Below are positions 61,490 through 64,000 of a stretch of 64,000 nt of DNA, piece by piece. Location: contig CAWKHF010000001.1 in NCBI GenBank assembly GCA_963849325.1, forward strand, positions 288,001-352,000, written 5' to 3'. Made by a program: the position numbers and the translations under genes. The stretch comes from an uncultured Planctomycetota bacterium (lineage in GTDB: Bacteria; Planctomycetota; Planctomycetia; Gemmatales; Gemmataceae). Below the pieces are notes generated by a model that saw only the letters and a program-made list of their open reading frames with translations, searched no databases and was not told where the DNA came from. Position 1 is the first letter of the stretch, and every line of letters starts with the position of its first letter.

Positions 61490-61936
61490 GTGCTGAAGCA
61501 TCCGCTCATTCATCCGCACATCAACGCCGTCCTCGGCCAGGCCGGACATCATGCCAAGGTCCTCATCGCCGATGGGAATTATCCGGCATCCTCGAAGAAG
61601 GGGCCGCACGCCGAGATCGTCAGCCTCAACCTGTCGCCCGGCATCGTCACCTGCACGCAAGTGCTGGAGGCGCTGCTGACCGCCATCCCCATTGAGGCGG
61701 CCAATACTATGATGTATGAGACGACCGGGCCGTATGCCCTGACGGAAGATCCGCCGGTGTGGACGGAGTTTCGCCGGGCGCTCGCCGCGGCGAAGCTCAA
61801 CCTGAAGCTCCAGCCCATCGAGAAATGGGAATTTTACCAGGCGGTCGAGACGCCGGACCACGTCTTGACGATTCAAACCGCCGATCAGCAGCGCTTCGCC
61901 AACCTGCTGTTGACCATTGGCGTCCGCATGGATTAA
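61490..61936 (+). CDS. RbsD/FucU-family sugar mutarotase
   Basis: MLK (GTG start), AGH, IADGNYP, FANLLLTIGV. Confidence 0.88.
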   Translation: MLKHPLIHPHINAVLGQAGHHAKVLIADGNYPASSKKGPHAEIVSLNLSPGIVTCTQVLEALLTAIPIEAANTMMYETTGPYALTEDPPVWTEFRRALAAAKLNLKLQPIEKWEFYQAVETPDHVLTIQTADQQRFANLLLTIGVRMD

Positions 61937-61947
61937 GGCGAGAGAAG

Positions 61948-62426
61948 AAGAGCCTCACGCAAAGGCGCAAAGAACGCAAAGAAGACAAAGGAGAGGAGAA
62001 TGGGAGAAAATGAGATTGCGCGCATCGTCGTGGATGCGGCTTACAGGATTCATACGACGATCGGGCCGGGGTTGCTGGAGTCGGCGTATGAGGCTATCCT
62101 CGCATACGAACTCGGCAAACGTGGTCTGCACATCCTGCGACAGGTTCGCGTGCCCATCGTCTATGAGGAAGTCAACCTTGACGAAGGCTTCCGGGCTGAT
62201 CTGATTGTTGAGAACCTGGTCATTATTGAACTAAAGGCAGTAGAACAAGTCATTCCCGTCCACAAAAAGCAGCTTCTCACCTACCTGCGGTTGACCGGCA
62301 AGAAACTCGGTCTCCTCATCAACTTCAACGAGGATAAGATCAAGGACGGCATCAGCCGAGTCGTCAACGGCCTCTAACTCTTTCCTGTCTTTCTTTGCGT
62401 CCTTTGCGCCTTTGCGTGAGGCTCTT
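61948..62426. mobile_element. GxxExxY gene cassette bounded by 36-bp inverted repeats with 9-nt periodicity
   Basis: AAGAGCCTCACGCAAAGGCGCAAAGAACGCAAAGAA at 61948-61983 and its reverse complement (1 mismatch) at 62391-62426; mobility is inferred only. Confidence 0.55.
62000..62377 (+). CDS. GxxExxY protein (PD-(D/E)XK-like nuclease fold)
   Basis: IHTTIGPGLLESAYE, FRADLIVE, IIELKAV, QLLTYL, GLLINF. Confidence 0.93.
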   Translation: MGENEIARIVVDAAYRIHTTIGPGLLESAYEAILAYELGKRGLHILRQVRVPIVYEEVNLDEGFRADLIVENLVIIELKAVEQVIPVHKKQLLTYLRLTGKKLGLLINFNEDKIKDGISRVVNGL

Positions 62427-62453
62427 TTTGACAATATCCTGTGAGGGGCGAAC

Positions 62454-63401
62454 ATGGAACATCGTGACCTGGGCCGAACCGGATTGAAGCTGCCGGTGCT
62501 GAGCTTCGGCGCCTCGTCGCTGGGCCAGGAATTTCGGCCAGTGGACCTCAACGAGGCCATGCGAGCCGTGCATGTGGCCCTGGACCTGGGCATGAATTTC
62601 ATAGACACGTCGCCCTATTATGGCCGAGGTATGTCGGAAGTGTTGCTCGGCGTCGCCCTGCGCGGCGTGCCGCGCGACCGCTATCTGCTGTGTACCAAGC
62701 TCGGCCGCTATGACGTCCGCCACTTCGACTTCTCGGCTCGCCGCGTCGCCGAGAGCGTGGATGTCAGCCTGCATCGCCTGGGCGTCGAACACCTCGACAT
62801 CATCCTGTGTCATGACATCGAGTTCGTGGACATGGAGCCGATTGTCCACGAGACGCTGCCGGCCCTGCGCAAGATTCAGGAACAGGGCAAGGTGCGCTTC
62901 GTCGGCGTGTCGGGCTATCCAATGAAGATGTTCCGTTACGTCCTCGATCGCGCTCCGCTGGACGTGATGCTGTCGTACAACCATTACACGCTGCAAAATA
63001 CCATGCTGGCGGACTTGCTGCCGTATCTGAAAGCGAAGGGAGTTGGTATCATGAATGCGGCGCCGTTTTCGGCGCGGCTGCTGACCAACGCGCCGTTGCC
63101 GTCGTGGCATAAGGCGACGCCGCAGGTGCGAGCCGTCTGCCGCCGAGCGGCGGTGTACTGCCAAAGCAAGGGCGTGGACATCGCCCAGTTGGCGCTGCAA
63201 TTTTCCCTCCGCCACCCCGACCTGACGACGTGCGTCACGGGGTCGGCCGACCCCGGACGAGTCGCCCAGTGGGTCGAATGGGCCAATCAACCCCTGGACC
63301 AGGTTTTGCTCAACGAAGTGCTGGCGATCCTCGAACCGATCCACAACTGGTTCTACGTCGAGGGCCGGCCGGAGAACAACGACGAGCCGATCGAGCGGTG
63401 A
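62454..63401 (+). CDS. Aldo/keto reductase (L-galactose/L-fucose dehydrogenase-like)
   Basis: LGRTGL, FIDTSPYYG, TKLGRY, CHDIEF, GKVRFVGVSGYP. Confidence 0.9.
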   Translation: MEHRDLGRTGLKLPVLSFGASSLGQEFRPVDLNEAMRAVHVALDLGMNFIDTSPYYGRGMSEVLLGVALRGVPRDRYLLCTKLGRYDVRHFDFSARRVAESVDVSLHRLGVEHLDIILCHDIEFVDMEPIVHETLPALRKIQEQGKVRFVGVSGYPMKMFRYVLDRAPLDVMLSYNHYTLQNTMLADLLPYLKAKGVGIMNAAPFSARLLTNAPLPSWHKATPQVRAVCRRAAVYCQSKGVDIAQLALQFSLRHPDLTTCVTGSADPGRVAQWVEWANQPLDQVLLNEVLAILEPIHNWFYVEGRPENNDEPIER

Positions 63402-63437
63402 GCGGCTCGCTTCATCCCCGAGGACAGAGGAACCGTG

Positions 63438-64000
63438 ATGCGGCAAGCGGAGACGAGTACATTAACGGAACAGGTTGGCCCGGCCGTCGCCCTGCGCGAC
63501 GCGGCGTCTGGGCTAACGCGGGCGGAATGGCTGCTCCTCCTGGCCCTGGCGGCGGTGCAGTTCACGCACATCATCGACTTCGTCATCATGATGCCGCTGG
63601 GACCGCAATTCAAGAAAGACCTCCAGCTCAGCGATCAGTGGTTCGGCTTCCTGGTGTCGGCGTATGCGTTCAGCGCGGCGCTGGCCGGACTCTTGGCGGC
63701 GTGGTTCATTGATCGCTTCGACCGCAAGACGTCCTTACTGTGGCTGTACGGCGGCTTCACGATGGGAACGCTGTGCTGCGCGGCGGCGCCGACGTATCCG
63801 CTGCTATTGGCGGCGCGGGCCGTGACCGGGGCGTTCGGCGGCGTGGTGGCGGCCAGCATCCTGGCCATCATCGGCGATGCCTTCCCCGGCGCACGCCGCG
63901 GTCGAGCGATGGGGGCCATCATGTCGTCCTTCTCGGTGGCCTCGATCGCCGGCGTGCCCGCCGGGTTGTACCTGGCCAACCTGATGGGTTGGCGAGCGCC
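63438..64000 (+). CDS. MFS transporter, runs off the window
   Basis: LAAVQFTHIIDFVIMMPLGP, WFIDRFDRK motif A, ARAVTGAFGG, RRGRAMG. Confidence 0.9.
   Translation, partial: MRQAETSTLTEQVGPAVALRDAASGLTRAEWLLLLALAAVQFTHIIDFVIMMPLGPQFKKDLQLSDQWFGFLVSAYAFSAALAGLLAAWFIDRFDRKTSLLWLYGGFTMGTLCCAAAPTYPLLLAARAVTGAFGGVVAASILAIIGDAFPGARRGRAMGAIMSSFSVASIAGVPAGLYLANLMGWRA

Overview
GC-rich bacterial chromosome segment, most likely from a planctomycete (Gemmataceae-like). The signs are an LEELEDR-type extracellular leader, a TIGR03000-like domain, a planctomycete-type EF-Tu effector loop and the REP families present. Many essential genes (groEL, tuf, rplA/J/L, rpoB, rpoC, rpsL, fusA) are split by single-base indels, which points to uncorrected long-read assembly errors, so I give reconstructed gene spans. 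The right half holds the core tRNA-tuf-secE-nusG-rpl-rpoBC-str cluster and a sugar catabolism operon. The left half holds groES/EL, truD, an asnB plus ABC exporter block, a sigma factor, two-component genes and a cobalt-type nitrile hydratase operon. The best candidate for an undescribed system is a RiPP cluster at 17980-25180. It has a DUF692/MNIO iron enzyme, a putative partner protein, a class II lanthipeptide-type precursor with core KLSSACCSTCHCRAAVVAVR, a LanM dehydratase domain with no cyclase domain, a C39 peptidase ABC exporter and an HlyD adaptor. Also notable: an HNH endonuclease gene filling the tRNA-Gly/tRNA-Thr spacer, a GxxExxY gene bounded by 36-bp inverted repeats, heptamer-periodic hairpins with different units, a roughly 470-aa SecE, a Zn-ribbon gene between rpsL and rpsG, and a candidate sRNA. 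All family assignments are by eye from motifs; no database searches were run.
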